A stretch of DNA of 64,000 bases, taken from NCBI RefSeq assembly GCF_018350175.1, contig NC_058375.1, forward strand, positions 200,508,001 to 200,572,000, in the 5' to 3' direction. The translations under genes were made by a program, and so were the position numbers. The notes below the pieces were generated by a model, which was given only the letters and a program-made list of their open reading frames with translations, ran no database searches and was not told where the DNA came from. Source of the stretch: Felis catus (taxonomy: Eukaryota). Shown here piece by piece: positions 13,458 to 26,476 of the stretch (positions within the stretch are counted from its first letter, which is position 1; the number at the start of each line of letters is the position of its first letter).

Positions 13458-15169
13458 AAGCCTTTCCCGGAGTTGGCGTCTGTGGCGGTGGTGCTAATGG
13501 AGAAGACAATAAGGATTTTGCTATGCTTCCTGTGTGGCAGTCAGATGAAATGGTACAGCGGTGTGACCTGCTGGGAAGCTGGTCTGCATTGTCAGAATGC
13601 TGGCACCCGCCAACCCCAGCTGCACCAGGTACTGATGGAAGCACCTGTACGCTTCAGTATTCCCACATGGGAGGATGAGGCGCAGGGACACCACGTTCAC
13701 ACAGGGAGTGAGGGGTGGAAGCCAGGTTTGGTTCGGGTAGCCTGGCTCCCAACTCTGCACTCTCAGCCCCTTCACTGCATGGTCTTCTTAGGAAGACAAC
13801 TCGATGAGGCAGTGCAGCTGTTTCCCCAGCTCCCAGCAAAGGAGAAACGGGCCACTGTGGTTTTTAAGGTCAGCCTCCTCAGCAGTGTGTTCACATACTC
13901 AAATTGCATCACTGGAGAACGGAGCAAATGCTCAGTATTTCGAAGACTGGCAAGAAGCTTGGGTTTCGCAGGTTCTGCAGGGATGGATGCTTGAATCGAC
14001 CCTGGCACATCGCCTTTGGAGAGGAGAGTGGCTGTGTGTGTGGCTGAAGGGCTAGACCCTGGGACCAGGCAGGTGTTGCAAGGTGCTGGGGGTGGGGTGG
14101 GGGTGGGGGGTAAAAGGGTAAATCTGTGAGTCTTAGGAAACACACAACCTGCCCGTGTGTGGTCTGGCTTGCAGGGACATGGATACAGACAGAAGGAGAG
14201 GTCTCCAGTCAGAGCGATGGCAAACGTGTGATGATAAATGAAAACTCTAATCTTCTTCAGGGCCAAGGATTGGTGGTGGGAGGGAGTGGTGACTACGGTG
14301 GCCAATGATGGCACATGCCCCTTCTGAAAGGGACAGCTGCTACTCAGCGATAGTCATGTGGGAATATGGACTGTCATATTTTTTTCTGAGACAAACTAGA
14401 AATCTAGGGTTTTGTGTGAAAAGTTTTTAATGTGATTTTTTAACTGTGGGCTCAAAAGTTTGAAATTTTTAAGTTCACATGCTGCCCCTGAGCTTGGCTT
14501 CAAAAATCCACAGTGGAGGATGGTGTCCTGTGGTGTTTGCTCGGGTCAGCTTCAGTGTGAACCAACCACTGGGGGAGGCCCAGCGCTCCACCAGGCCCTG
14601 CATGGCACACAGGGGTGGCTGTGGAGTCAGGAACATGTTCTTTTAGAACTCCGTAAGTCACAGGGACCAAGAGGACCCCAAAAGGCTGACACTGAATTGC
14701 AGCCTATTAGCTTATGATGGCTTTAATCTAAATTGGAGGAATCAAAGGGCATTGACTGTTCTTGGTATCATGAGTGAGAGAGAGCAAGCGATTCATACCA
14801 CTTTTCAATAGTTTTCTTTTATCCCTCACAATGGCCCTGAGAGCTAAAGGCAACCACATGCTGTTAACAGATTCAGATGGGCTAACTGTCCCAAAGGGAC
14901 ACAGTAAATGAAATAGTAAATACATGCCCAAGTACATGGAGTCAGAGGGACCAGGTTCCTTGGCTCAGCACTCAGGAGCCATATGGTTTGGAGCAACTTA
15001 CAGTTTCTGGGCCTCCATTTCATCGTCTCTGTGACGCAGTACTTATGAGCTGTGTTGTAGGATGGAATTATTTAGTGCATGGGAGGTACTTAGTCCCATG
15101 TCTGTCTTCTAACAAGAACCCAATGAATATTAGCCACAATTCTGTCCAAGTGCAGGTCTTCAGTGTCAA

Positions 15170-16568
15170 AGCCTATGTGGCCATCATCTGAGGTGTGCCA
15201 CAGGAGCAAGACACCTACTGGATTTCAAGTGTCAGGATGAAAATGAGAACATAAAATATCTCATTAGTACTTTGTATATTGATTACATGTTGAAAGGCTA
15301 ACACCTTGGCTCTAGTGAGTTAACTAAAACATATCATTAAAATTAATTTTACCTGTGTCCTCTAACTCTTTTCATATGGCTACTAGAAAGTTTAAAATTA
15401 GTTATGTGCCAAGGGAAACAAAAGCAAAAAAATGAAAGATTGGGACCTCCTCAAGATGAAAAGCTTTGCACAGCAAACGAAACAATCAACAGAACTAAAA
15501 GGCAACTGACGGAATGGGAAAAGATATTTGCAAATGCCATACCAGATAAAGGGTTAGTATCAAAAATCTATGAAGAATTTATCAAACTCAATGCCCAAAA
15601 AATAAATTGTCCAGTGAAGAAATGGGCAGAAGACATGAATAGAGACTTTTCCAAAGAAGACATCCAGATGGCCAACAGATGCATGAAAAGATGCCCAACC
15701 TCACTCATCATCAGGGAAATACACATCAAAACTGCAATGAGATACCACGTCACACCTGTCAGAATGGCTAAAATTAACAACTCAGGAAAAAAACAGATGT
15801 TGGTGAGGGTGTGGAGGAAGGATAACACTTGGGCACTGTTGGTGGGAATGCAAACTGGTGCAGCCACTCTAGAAAACAGTGTGGAGATTCCTCAAAAAAC
15901 TAAAAGTAGAACTTCCCCACGACCCAACAATTGCACTACTAGATATTTATCCAAAGGATACAAAAATGTTGATTTGAAGGGGCACATGCACCCCAATGTT
16001 AATAGCAACACTATCAACAATAGCCAAATTATGGAAAGAACTCAAATGTCCATCAACTGATGAATAGATAAAGAAGATGTGGTATGTATATACAAAGGAG
16101 TATTACTCAGCAATCAAAGAGAATGAAATCTTGCCATTTGCATCAATGTGGATGGAACTAGAGTGTATTATGCTAGGTGAAATAAGTTAGAGAAAGACAA
16201 ATATATGATCTCACTCATCTGTAGAATTTAAGAAACAAAACAGATGAACATAATGGGAAGGAAAGGAAAAATAAGATGAAAACAGAAAGGGAAGCAGACC
16301 ACAAGAGACTCTTAAATACAGAGAACAAACTGAGGGTTGCTGAGAGGGAGTGGGTGGGAGAATGGACTAAATGGGTGATGGGCATTAAAGAGGGCACTTG
16401 CTGGGATGAGCACTAGGTGTTATATGGAAGTGATGAATCACTGGGTTCTACTCCTGAAACCAATGCTACACGGTGTGTTAACTAACCTGAATTTAAATAC
16501 ATAAATTTTTTAAAAATAGAATAAAATTACATATATGGCTCACATTAAATTTCTGCTGCATAGCATCA
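15170..16568 (-). mobile_element. MER33-like hAT-Charlie DNA transposon split by the L1
   Basis: aaaatatctcatta...gattacatgttgaaa...ggctactagaaagtttaaaatta [L1] acatatatggctcacatta matches the MER33 reverse consensus as recalled. Confidence 0.7.
15409..16521 (+). mobile_element. 5'-truncated carnivore LINE-1 (ORF2 C-terminus, 3' UTR, A-rich tail)
   Basis: ORF 15404-16060 contains L1 ORF2 motifs ([50 protein letters not shown]). Carnivore-type 3' UTR. Degenerate TSD taaaatta..tat.tg. Confidence 0.95.
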
Positions 16569-17264
16569 GTCTGGAGCCTAGAAAAATGTCTGACTCAGAG
16601 TAGGCCCTCAAGAAACGTGTGTCAAATGGATGAATGAACAGATGATTTCTGCAGATTTCTCAGCTGTCATTCATCATTAGGCCCTCCCACTCCCACACCC
16701 CATGCAACAGGCAACAAGGCGCCAAGGAATGGAGGGCCTTGAGAAGAACACACACCCAGTAAATGGCAGAGCAGAGTGTGGAACCAGAATGGGCATTTAA
16801 ACACTACCTTTTTGGCCAGTGAACCCCTGGGTCTTTTTAAGCATGTCTTCATAAAGGCAGGTGGAAATTCTCAGGATGAGGCAGAATAAGTGGTTACATG
16901 GATAGTATCAAAAAAATGAGCTCTCAGAAGACCATGCCATCCCTTCCTCTGAATCCGTGACCACAAATTAAGGTCAGGCCTACCCCAGCCATTCACCCCT
17001 CTAAGAAGCATTGAGCTTACAGGCTTTGAAGACAGAAATCAACAGTACTCTCACTTGGGACATTTTGTCATGTCTTTAAGTAAAAAGGCCTTAGGGTGTC
17101 CTTGTAATAGTGATAATGGTACTGAAAAAAGCCAAAAGAGTTGGCAGTAGCTCCTTGGAAGTCTCTGAAATCGTTAATATTATTGATCCAGAGAGGCTGC
17201 CAGTTGGCATTTGCTGGATTGTTTCTTTGTAATACACACACACACATACACACCACACATAATG

Positions 17265-17311
17265 CACCACCACTGCCACCACTCCCACCACCACTACCAC
17301 CATCACCACCA
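17265..17311. repeat. Imperfect (CCA)n trinucleotide repeat
   Basis: caccaccactgccaccactcccaccaccactaccaccatcaccacca. Confidence 0.85.
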
Positions 17312-18317
17312 AAGTGCAGAGCCAGGGCCCAGGGAGCCATGTGCTAGTCAGTGAAAGATTTTTAACAATACACTGAGAGTCAATTAAATTCAAATGTGAA
17401 GTGGTTCTATGATGTCATAAATACTTGCAGAGAGAAAGACCGAGAAAGGCAAGTGGCAGAGCCAAATTAGGACCAGGGTATACAAGAATGATGGAAATTA
17501 GTGAAAAATGTAAGGCAGGATTTTTTTTTTTTTTAGTGTAACTCAGTTTCTGAAATGACCATGAGTCTCTCTGTCCTATTTCTTCTTAAGATCTCAGAGC
17601 TCTTCACCAGTCACATGCATTGTACTCAAGCCCTGGAAGGGCATGTGGGTGACCAGAAGCTGGTCTTTCCATTGAGTAGACAGGGTCAATGCTGGCCTGA
17701 GAACTCAGAGCACAGCTAGAGGAGAACTAGAAACCAGGCCTTGTGAAGTCACAGACACCAACACCACTGAATCACAGGTCTCTATGCCTGCTCTTCTCCA
17801 GACTCTTGGAGATGCTAAAGGAGGGTAGGCGCTTCTTTCTCACTCTTGAGGATGTGAGAGTTGGTGAAAATGATAGAACAGAAACACCTCATATGCAAGG
17901 GAACTCAGACCAAAGCAAGTCAACAACTAACCACAACTGGACAGAAGGCAGAAAGTAACAGGGACAGCTGGAAACGTGGCTTCTAGCAGGAAGTATACCT
18001 GGGTTTTCAAGGTGGGAGAGGATGTTTTTTTGACTGTTGTTTGACTAGAAAGAAGATGGGGCCTTTTCATTTGGGGGAAGGCACTTGAGGCCTAGAGACC
18101 CCACGTCCCAGCTGATTGTCCTTGCCGGGACCAAACAGAGCACCTGGATGGGGAATGTCTTTGAAGTTGCTTTTTAGACTTAGTTTTATGCAAAATGGTA
18201 ACAGAGGTTGGAAAGATGGAGGTACATTGGAGTAGAAATCATCCTTTTGCTCATGGCTGTTATTGGGGGACTTGTCATCTTGCTTACTCAGCGATGTTTT
18301 TAAAAACAAACAAACAT

Positions 18318-18534
18318 GGGGCGCCTGGGTGGCTCAGTTGGTTGAGCATCCAACTTCGGCTCAGGTCGTGATCTCATGGTCCATGAGTTCGAGCCCCGCG
18401 TCGGGCTCTGTGCTGACAGCTCAGAGCCTGGAGCCTGTTTCAGATTCTGTCTCTCTCTCTCTCTCTCTCTGACCCTCCCCCCATTCATGCTCTGTCTCTC
18501 TCTGTCTCAAAAATAAATAAACGTTAAAAAAAAT
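18318..18534 (+). mobile_element. Can-SINE (SINEC_Fc, young)
   Basis: Near-consensus felid SINE with TSD ttaaaaacaaacaaac on both sides. Confidence 0.95.
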
Positions 18535-19979
18535 TAAAAACAAACAAACTGAATCTACTGTTCTCAGGGCCCCCATCACCATGTTTTCCCGGAGCCAGGA
18601 GGTGGGGGGGTGGGGTGATCAGCTGTGGAAGCTGGATTTGGCCTGCTCCCTGAAAACGTCTACCTGCTGAGAGCTCCAGTTGTCTCCCTGCCATCATGAT
18701 GAACGTGACACAGACAGCAAAAGTGGGGCAAGTGGAAGAATGGATGGAAATAAATGCACTGAAGCAACCTGTGAGAAGCCAGCAAACAAGACTACATCAG
18801 CAGTGAAAGTCAATGAGGCGAACGCCATCTGGCCCTGAAAATGAATGGAGCGAAGAAGGATGGACTCGCCTCCTGGGGGATTCGTGCTTCAGCGGGGAGG
18901 GGAGTCGCATGCCCACCTGCCTAGACTAGCCTGGGGTGGGGGGCAAGTGTTCACGCGTTTCCACAGAGCAGGACGCTGGGGAGAGACTTTGTCTCCATGA
19001 TAATATATCAGGGCATATTTTCACCTAATAGAGACCGTTCAGTGGGAAGGAATTAGAGTAGCTGCTCCATTTCCATCTCCACACAGAGCAGACTTCAGGG
19101 ATTTGAAGACAGTGGAGCTGTCGTGAGAGAGGGGCAGCTGGCTTGCACCTGACTGCTTATGTTCACTCATTGGTTCCTACATTCATCCACCCTTCCATTC
19201 ATTCATCCCTCTTTTCCTCTCCTTTTCCACCCGTCCTTGGTACATCACTTAGTACGTCACGCCCGACCGCAAGGGCCTCCTCTCCGGCCCGCCTCTGCTG
19301 CGCTCTCCTGCAAGTGGCGGCCAGAGCCTCTTTGCAAGCCCCGGTCTGCTCTGATACCCCCTGATCTTCTGTGACTCCCCATTGCTCACATGAGGCACCC
19401 CCATGAGGGAACTGCTGCCACCCAGCCGACCTCACCTCCTGCTAGCTCTCCCTCCCCACACCCCAGCTGACGCTGCATTCATGCCCAACTGGCACAGACC
19501 ACTGATGAGCCGCACTGTTTCATCCTTTGGTGTCTTTGCTTGTGCAGATCCATCATCCTGGAGCATTTTCCTTTTTGTCTTCTCCCACATTTCCTCACTC
19601 TATGCCTGCTAACACTTAAATATAAAGAAAATGTGTCAGTCATGTGTCCTGTGGCAGGGAGCATGACTGAAATGCCCCCTGCAGCCGCCCTCCTGGGTCT
19701 GCTACCCCATTCATGCCAAGGCCATGATTCCTATGGGCTGCTCCCAGCCAATGGCTGGGCACGGTGGGTCACCAAAGCAGCCCCATCCAACGAGATATGA
19801 GATTCCTCCAGTGGTCTGGCCAAAACTTTCTTGGAACTACCCAGAAAGAGACTTTCTACTCTTTCCTCCTTTTTCCACGGGTGCTAAGCCTGCACCGTGG
19901 TCTGAGGGCTCTTCCTCAGACCTTCCTCTGCTCCCTGCACCAATGAATCCTGTGACTCTCTAACCCTCTTTTTGCATGG

Positions 19980-20280
19980 ACCTGAACTAACGTACCAAGT
20001 TAGTATCTCCTCTCTTCTTGAAGACTTTCCTAACCTCACTCAGGTAGTATTGAGCCTTCTCTCCCTCACACCCTCCTCTCCATTTTGTACACGCTTTTCG
20101 TGGTTGCACCGATAACTCTTCACTATAATTATTTCTTACGTGGCTGTCTTCTCCTCCCAGACCGGGACTCCAGGAGGCCAATGGGTTCACTGTCTTATTT
20201 GTCTTGTTAACATCACTGCCTAGTACAATGCCTGTTACGTTCAGAGGCACCATAAAGGCCTATGAAATGAATAAATGCTT
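19980..20280 (+). mobile_element. LINE-2 3' end
   Basis: tgcctagtacaatgcctg...gaaatgaataaatg. Confidence 0.55.
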
Positions 20281-21829
20281 GATCTATCTATTCAGTGATC
20301 AGTTCCCATTGTCCTACAGCACGCAGAAGGTGCTGAGGGTAGAGAGATTAATGCATCAGAATCCCTGCCTTTAAGGCACTCTCAGGGTGGCTGATGGGAT
20401 TAGCATTCAGATTACTGTTTTCTAAGCAAGAATGGAGTAGATGCTGTCAGAATGGTACACACAAAATGAAATAAGAACCCAGAGGATGCCGTGGTTGATT
20501 CTCATGGGTGGGAAAGGAAAGCAGAGGCAGCAGGAGGGGCTTCCTACAGAAAGCAGCATTCGGCCTGGGCCATGTGTGATCTGTAGGAATCATGCCCAAA
20601 GAGTACGAGAGGAAGGGCCTTCCAGGGCAGAGAGACTGTATAAATCAAGGGCACAGAAGGGTGCTGTGATGATGGCTATTTTGTTAATTATGAAAATTTT
20701 ATAATTTTATTATGAAAATGTTCAACTACATACAAAATGAACATGCCTCATTTGTTGTGTCTCCCCTTCTTGGTGGTGTTGCTGCTGGAGAACTCTTTGT
20801 TTATTTGATGTTTGTTGGTTTTCTCTGCCTGATTCCCTAGGGTCTCCATCTGCCTCAGACCCCAGGAAGCAGCCCTTACCTGGTTTGTTTCCAGTTTCTC
20901 CACATTGTCAGTCTCCTTGACTGACTTTCTCAAGTCACATCTGGCAGGCTCTGAGGCCAGGACTGGCACCCGGGAGGCTTTAGGCATTTGGCTGGACAGG
21001 TGGGAGCCTTCTGTGACGATCCCTAGCTGACTTGTCTCCAGGGCAGAGGACTGGCTGGCTCCTGTTAACAGAGTCCAGTGGCTCCCAAGGGCTGGAACCT
21101 GGAGTGGGCATGAAAAAGGGGCTCTGGCATCATACATTCTGTCCGCCATCATGTGCTATTAGAGGGCATAGTTTGGCTGCTTCTTGAAAACTCTTGGCTG
21201 GGGAGGATTTGGAAGGTGGGAATAGAGAAGTAGGAGAGAGAAAGGGAAAGAACCAACCACCAACAGCCTGGATGATGCTGGTTCTGCTGGCCAGCTTTGT
21301 CTGCAGCTTCGTTTGGGCACACATGGCTAGGCCGGCAGGAGGCCACTCTCCAAGTCGCCTGGCTAGATGCACTCAGTGCCTCTCAGCCAGGCAGGCTCTT
21401 CTCACGCGTGTGTGCTGGCAGTAAGGGCTCAAGACCTCTGGGAGCTGCAGAGGCCTCTCCAGAAAACCTCTGGTCTGGAGGCCCATGGCCAAAGTGAGGT
21501 TGGGGGAGGCCACTCCTGAACTCAGCTTGAGATCCTCCTTCCTTCCCTTGACCTCCATTGGATCAATAAATAAACTCTCAATTGCAAATTTCCTTGCTCT
21601 CAGACTTTCCTTATCATAGAACCATAGAAACACAGAAACTTGGAAGCCCCAGGGACTCCTCTACCCCACACCCCTGCAAGGGCAGCCCCTCCTCCAAAGC
21701 AAAGTTCTCAGGAAAGACAAGCAAGAATTTCCTCCAATGACAAGGCACCTGTTTTCTAGAAGCTTCCGATCTTTGTTTTCAGTGGTTACTTGAAATTTCA
21801 CAATGTGTACCATAAGTTAAAAAATTACA

Positions 21830-22385
21830 CAAGTATTACATGAACTCATCCCTATTATAAAAATGAGAACAACACAAATGGAGGGAAAGTTTGCTCTTCA
21901 CGTTCCCCAGCCTCATCCTCTCCCACAAACAAATGACTCTAATCAGTTTGGTGGCATCCCTTCCATACTCTTTTGGAATATGGCATTTTTAAATTGAAAT
22001 AAGGGTGATGTTCTTTTTTTGGTTCATCTACACATATGTGATTGTTGTATCTGTCGCCTTGCAGATTATATTTTCTGGTTAACAACATGGCTTTGGACTC
22101 TGTCCCTGTCAGTCCTTCAAGGTCTATGACATTCTCTCTGATGCAGCTGGAGTATCTCACACTCCGTCACTCCCATATTGATAGACATTTAGTTTTTTTT
22201 CTGATTTGTTACATTATTACAATGATATAACTCTGATCCTCATTTCCCAAGCTCCTTGAGAAGGCAACATCTGCTACTCTCTAGGAGAATTCCAAAGAAA
22301 TAGAATCCCTGGGTTGAAGGGTATGTGCATTTAAAATTCAATAGAATACTACCAAATGGCCCTCCAAGGCAGCACACTAATTTAT
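21830..22385 (-). mobile_element. Ancient L1M 3' fragment
   Basis: tcccatattgatagacatttagttt...ctgggttgaagggtatgtgcatttaaaatt...ccaaatggccctccaa. Confidence 0.6.
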
Positions 22386-22835
22386 CTGCTTATCCACAGG
22401 GTGGGACAGATCACTTTCCCAGCTTCTCCTGCAGCTAAGAGTAACTATATGATACATTTCTGTCCAGTACACACACACACACGCACACGCATACACGCAC
22501 TTGCAGAAGCATCCAGGGGTAGAAACATGGTTCTGTGAAAGCTTTTGCTTTCCTGATGTGAAGAAAGGATGTGACCAGGGCCACCCCTTCTCCTTTCTTT
22601 ATTGCTTTGAGCTATAGTCACCCACTTGAGACTGTGAGGTTACAGCCATGGGTGACAAATAAACATGCTAATGATGCCAGAGCAGAAAGAGCCTGGGTCA
22701 CTTGTGGCATCACTGAGCAGCTGGACTGATGCCAGCAGCCACCTACTCTGGACATCTCATTACAGGAGAGAAATAAACCTCTAATTGTTTTAAGCTCCTG
22801 CTATTGGGTATCTGTTATTTATAGTTGAATGAAAA
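22385..22835 (+). mobile_element. Old MLT1-type LTR
   Basis: ttcccagcttctcctgcagctaag...agagaaataaacctctaattgttttaagc...gggtatctgttatttatag. Confidence 0.55.
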
Positions 22836-23714
22836 CTGAAATGAGACACAGTGTTGGTGACAGTACTCATTTTTGCTTTGATTTAACCTTGCTTCTTATA
22901 CATTATATTAATGGTACGACTTTCCTATTACTCTGTTGAACAATAAAATGATGATAGCAATAATTTTTTCACTGCCAGTTTTATATGCATTATCCCTGAT
23001 ATTACAAAGACCCTGAGAGACAAATTATGTCTATTTTTTAAATGGAGAAACAAGAGACCAGAAAAGCTAAGTTACTTGCCCATGAGGCAAGGGATTCTGA
23101 CCTGGGTCTGGTTGCTTCTGTGGGTCCCCACTCATAAAGTTCAGAAGCAGGGTGTTCTTAATCCAGTAAGAGCAGTAGCAGTAAGGAGGCACATATGGGA
23201 GGGCCATGGCATCTACATGGTCAATGCCAAGGATAATGGGATACCCCTTGGCTTTGGCCAGTGGGTCAAGATCTTGTTGCCAGCTTTGCCTCCTACTTTC
23301 TGCTATAAATCCTGGTACCCTGGCTCTGTCCTGCAGCCTCATACTGGGTCCTTCCCATTTCTAAGCCCTTATGTCAGAGTTCTGATTAAGGACTGCTTGC
23401 TTTTCTTTTTAGGTCCTTTCACTGTCTCCCCCAAAACAATCTTAACAGAATTTTTAAAAGATACTGTTTAAGAGAACACTTTCTGCAAGCATGTCTGTGC
23501 ATATTATCTTCTTATTTAATCATCGCATAACCTTGAACAGATTCATAAAGATAATTAGGGGAGAATAATAGGAGCAAATGCTGTCATAATGCAAACTTGG
23601 ATCGCTAATCAAAAGGAAAGGGAGGCAACCCATTCTTGTTCCTTTGGCCCCTCAATCAATGTGCCATGGATTTAACCCAAACTTTGTCATGGGATAAATG
23701 GAAATCTTTGTATT

Positions 23715-24230
23715 CATGGTGGATTTTTTTGCTTGCAAGTGACATAAATGCAGCTTAGACTAATATAAACAAAAATCAAGTTTATCGGCAAATGTCCTAG
23801 GAAATCTAGTCAAAGAGCAGGCGCAGTCATGGATCCAGGGGTCAGGATGTTTTCTGTCCTTCTCTTTGTATTGTATGTCTCTGCTTGACCTTTCTCTGAA
23901 GATTAAGTGCTTTCCCTGTGACAGAAAGTGGGGTCTTTTCATTTTTCCAGGCTCCCACGTTCCTAACAACCATGGTGGAGGGAAATGATATCTCCCACTA
24001 GCTCTGATAGAAAAATCCCAAAGACTTGGATTGGCTTTGAGCACATGCCCATTTCTGAACCAATCCCCATGGTTAGAGAAATAAGATACTTCGGTCATCC
24101 AAGCCTGAGTCACAGTCTCACTGCTATGGCTGGAGAGGTATTAGGGGTTCAGCCCTACTAAAACAGCATGGTAATGTGGAAAGGAGGTTTCTCTGGGTAC
24201 AGGATGGACAAAAGAAACAGGTGTCCACCA
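23715..24230 (-). mobile_element. Old MLT1-type LTR
   Basis: ttgcttgcaagtgacataaa...ttggattggctttgagcacatgcccatttctgaaccaatc. Confidence 0.6.
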
Positions 24231-24858
24231 AAATGATTTGAGGAGTGATAGATGACATGGGTTAATGCCTCAGCCTTGAGACTTTTGAGGGAGGGACTAG
24301 GCCTTCCAATAATGCCACCATGATTCACTAGGCTGGTGTAGGCTCTCAGCATGCCCAGCGAGGTGGCAACTCCAGAATTTCTACATCCCTTTTTCGGAAA
24401 GATAGAGTAGCCTGTGTTGGAGGGTGCAGAGGGTCCCATTCTCAACAAATCACCCCTTGGAATGGCCACTGGCTGGAACAGGGAGGTGATATACCAAATC
24501 CAGCCTCTACACAAAAAGGTTGCTCAAACCAAGTGACATACCAGAGCTCAGAGGGCCTGATAGAGACCTTCCTCTTCTGTTCATCTCCACCTGTTACCTG
24601 GGTGTCAGTCCTCCTGAGGAAATCCAAAGGGTGGCTCAGTCAACAGGCCTTGACTCTGTGTTACTTTTTAGAGAATGTGTTTGTCATACACTCTGTATTT
24701 CTGTCTTTCTGCATATGTGTCTTTGTGTCAAATGCACAGACATGGCTATGATCCACTTGGCTAAAAGAATGCAACACAACCCTTCACCTGCTCAGTGAGA
24801 ATTGAAATTCCACCACTTACAGAATTATTCCTCTTGCTTAAAAACAATCTCCTCTCAA

Positions 24859-25002
24859 GGGCGCCTGGGTGGCTCAGTTGGTTAAGAATTCAACTCTTGA
24901 TCTTGGCTCAGGTCATGATCTCACAGTTCATGAAGTCGGGCTCAATACTGACAGTGTGGAGCCTGCTTAGGATTCTCTCTCCCTCTTTCTCTGCCCCTCC
25001 TG

Positions 25003-25089
<87 letters not shown>

Positions 25090-25114
25090 GAATAAATAAG
25101 TAAACTTTAAAAAA
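24859..25114 (+). mobile_element. Can-SINE
   Basis: gggcgcctgggtggctcag head, long (CT)n, TSD core atctcctct. Confidence 0.92.
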
Positions 25115-25772
25115 TTATCTCCTCTTAAAAATGCTAATTCCCCAGGAAATGGAATGTTGTTAATTTACTTATTTACAGTTAGTAAGAGTAAGCTTGTCAG
25201 GTGCTCTCTCATGAGGAAAGCTTTTGATGAGAAATTCTGAGTTAGAGTCTAGTGACTAGATAGTGAGATCCTTAAATATAGTTGTATCTGATTGATATTT
25301 GAGATGTCCACCTAGTACGAACCTTCCATATAGCAAGTTCTCGCTACAGGTTTTTTCTATGACTAATCTTCAAGTTACCTTCAATTTCCCAGTAAAGCTG
25401 GGAATATACACAACTAAAAGTGGTAATATCTTGGGTGGGAGGAAGAACCAAGGAGGAGTAATCATGTCCGATATGTGGGCTGGGCTTAACCTAGGGTTTC
25501 AGTGAAGAAGTCTAGGATGGAATAGAAACTCCGAATTCAGGAGATTCTGGAAATTGGAATAGGAGGCCACGGGAACAAATTTTATGATCCAAGTTACTAA
25601 AAATCCTGATGAGGGCATCAACCTTCCAATAGGTTGGGGCATGGAGTCCTTTGAGCTGCCATTAGCTGACTTTGGGGGGCACGTGACACGGATGGCATCT
25701 GGGCTACACCCAGCTGGCATAGAGCTCATTCATTTTCCTTCAATGACACTCAAATCAGGATAAACCTTTTAA

Positions 25773-25975
25773 TTTTTTTTAATGTTTATTTATTTTTGAG
25801 AGACAGAGAGTGAGCAGGGGAGAAGCAGAGAGAGAGGGAGACATAGACTCCAAAGCAGGCTCCAGGCTCTGATCTGTCAGCACAGGGCCCAATGCAGGGC
25901 TCGAACTCATGAACCGTGAGATTATGACCTGAGCCAAAGTCAGACGCTCACCCGACTGAGCCACCCAGGCACCCC
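25773..25975 (-). mobile_element. Can-SINE (inner copy of tandem pair)
   Basis: Reverse-complement SINE ending ccacccaggcacccc. Confidence 0.92.
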
Positions 25976-25985
25976 AACATTTTAA

Positions 25986-26191
25986 ATTTGTTTAAGTTTA
26001 TTTATTTTTGAAAGAGAGAGAAAGACAGAGACAGAGTGTTAGCAGGGGAGGGGTAGACACCAAATCTAAAGCAGGCTCCAAGGTCTGAGCTGTCAGCACA
26101 GAGCCTGATGCGGGGCTCGAACTCACGAACCGTGAGATCATGACCTGAGCTGAAGTCGGATGCTTAACCGACTGAGCCACCCAGGCGCCCC
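25986..26191 (-). mobile_element. Can-SINE (outer copy of tandem pair)
   Basis: Reverse-complement SINE ending ccaggcgcccc. TSD gataaaccttttaa flanks the whole pair. Confidence 0.92.
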
Positions 26192-26219
26192 CAGATAAAC
26201 CTTTTAAATGCATTTCCTG

Positions 26220-26476
26220 AGAGGCAGTATAATGTGGTGATTAGCAGCCCAAAGCACGGCACCAGACTGCTGAGGTATAAATTCCAGTGTGGCTGTGTAT
26301 GGCTACATGACCTTGGGCAATGCACTGAACTTCTCTGTGCCTCAGTTTTCTCACCTGAAAAATGGGTGTAATAGCAGTTCTCAATGTGTAGGGTGGTTTT
26401 GAGGAATTAAATTAGTTAATATACATAAAAAGTTGAAAATGAGTCTTGACATATGGAAAGTACTACATGTTTAGCT
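26220..26476 (+). mobile_element. MIR SINE
   Basis: tgaccttgggcaa...ttctctgtgcctcagttttctcacctgaaaaatggg core. Confidence 0.85.

Noticed and set aside
15404-16060. 218-aa ORF
   Set aside because: Frameshifted L1 ORF2 remnant, not a host gene.
18318-18400. tRNA-like A/B boxes
   Set aside because: These are Can-SINE heads derived from tRNA, not tRNA genes.
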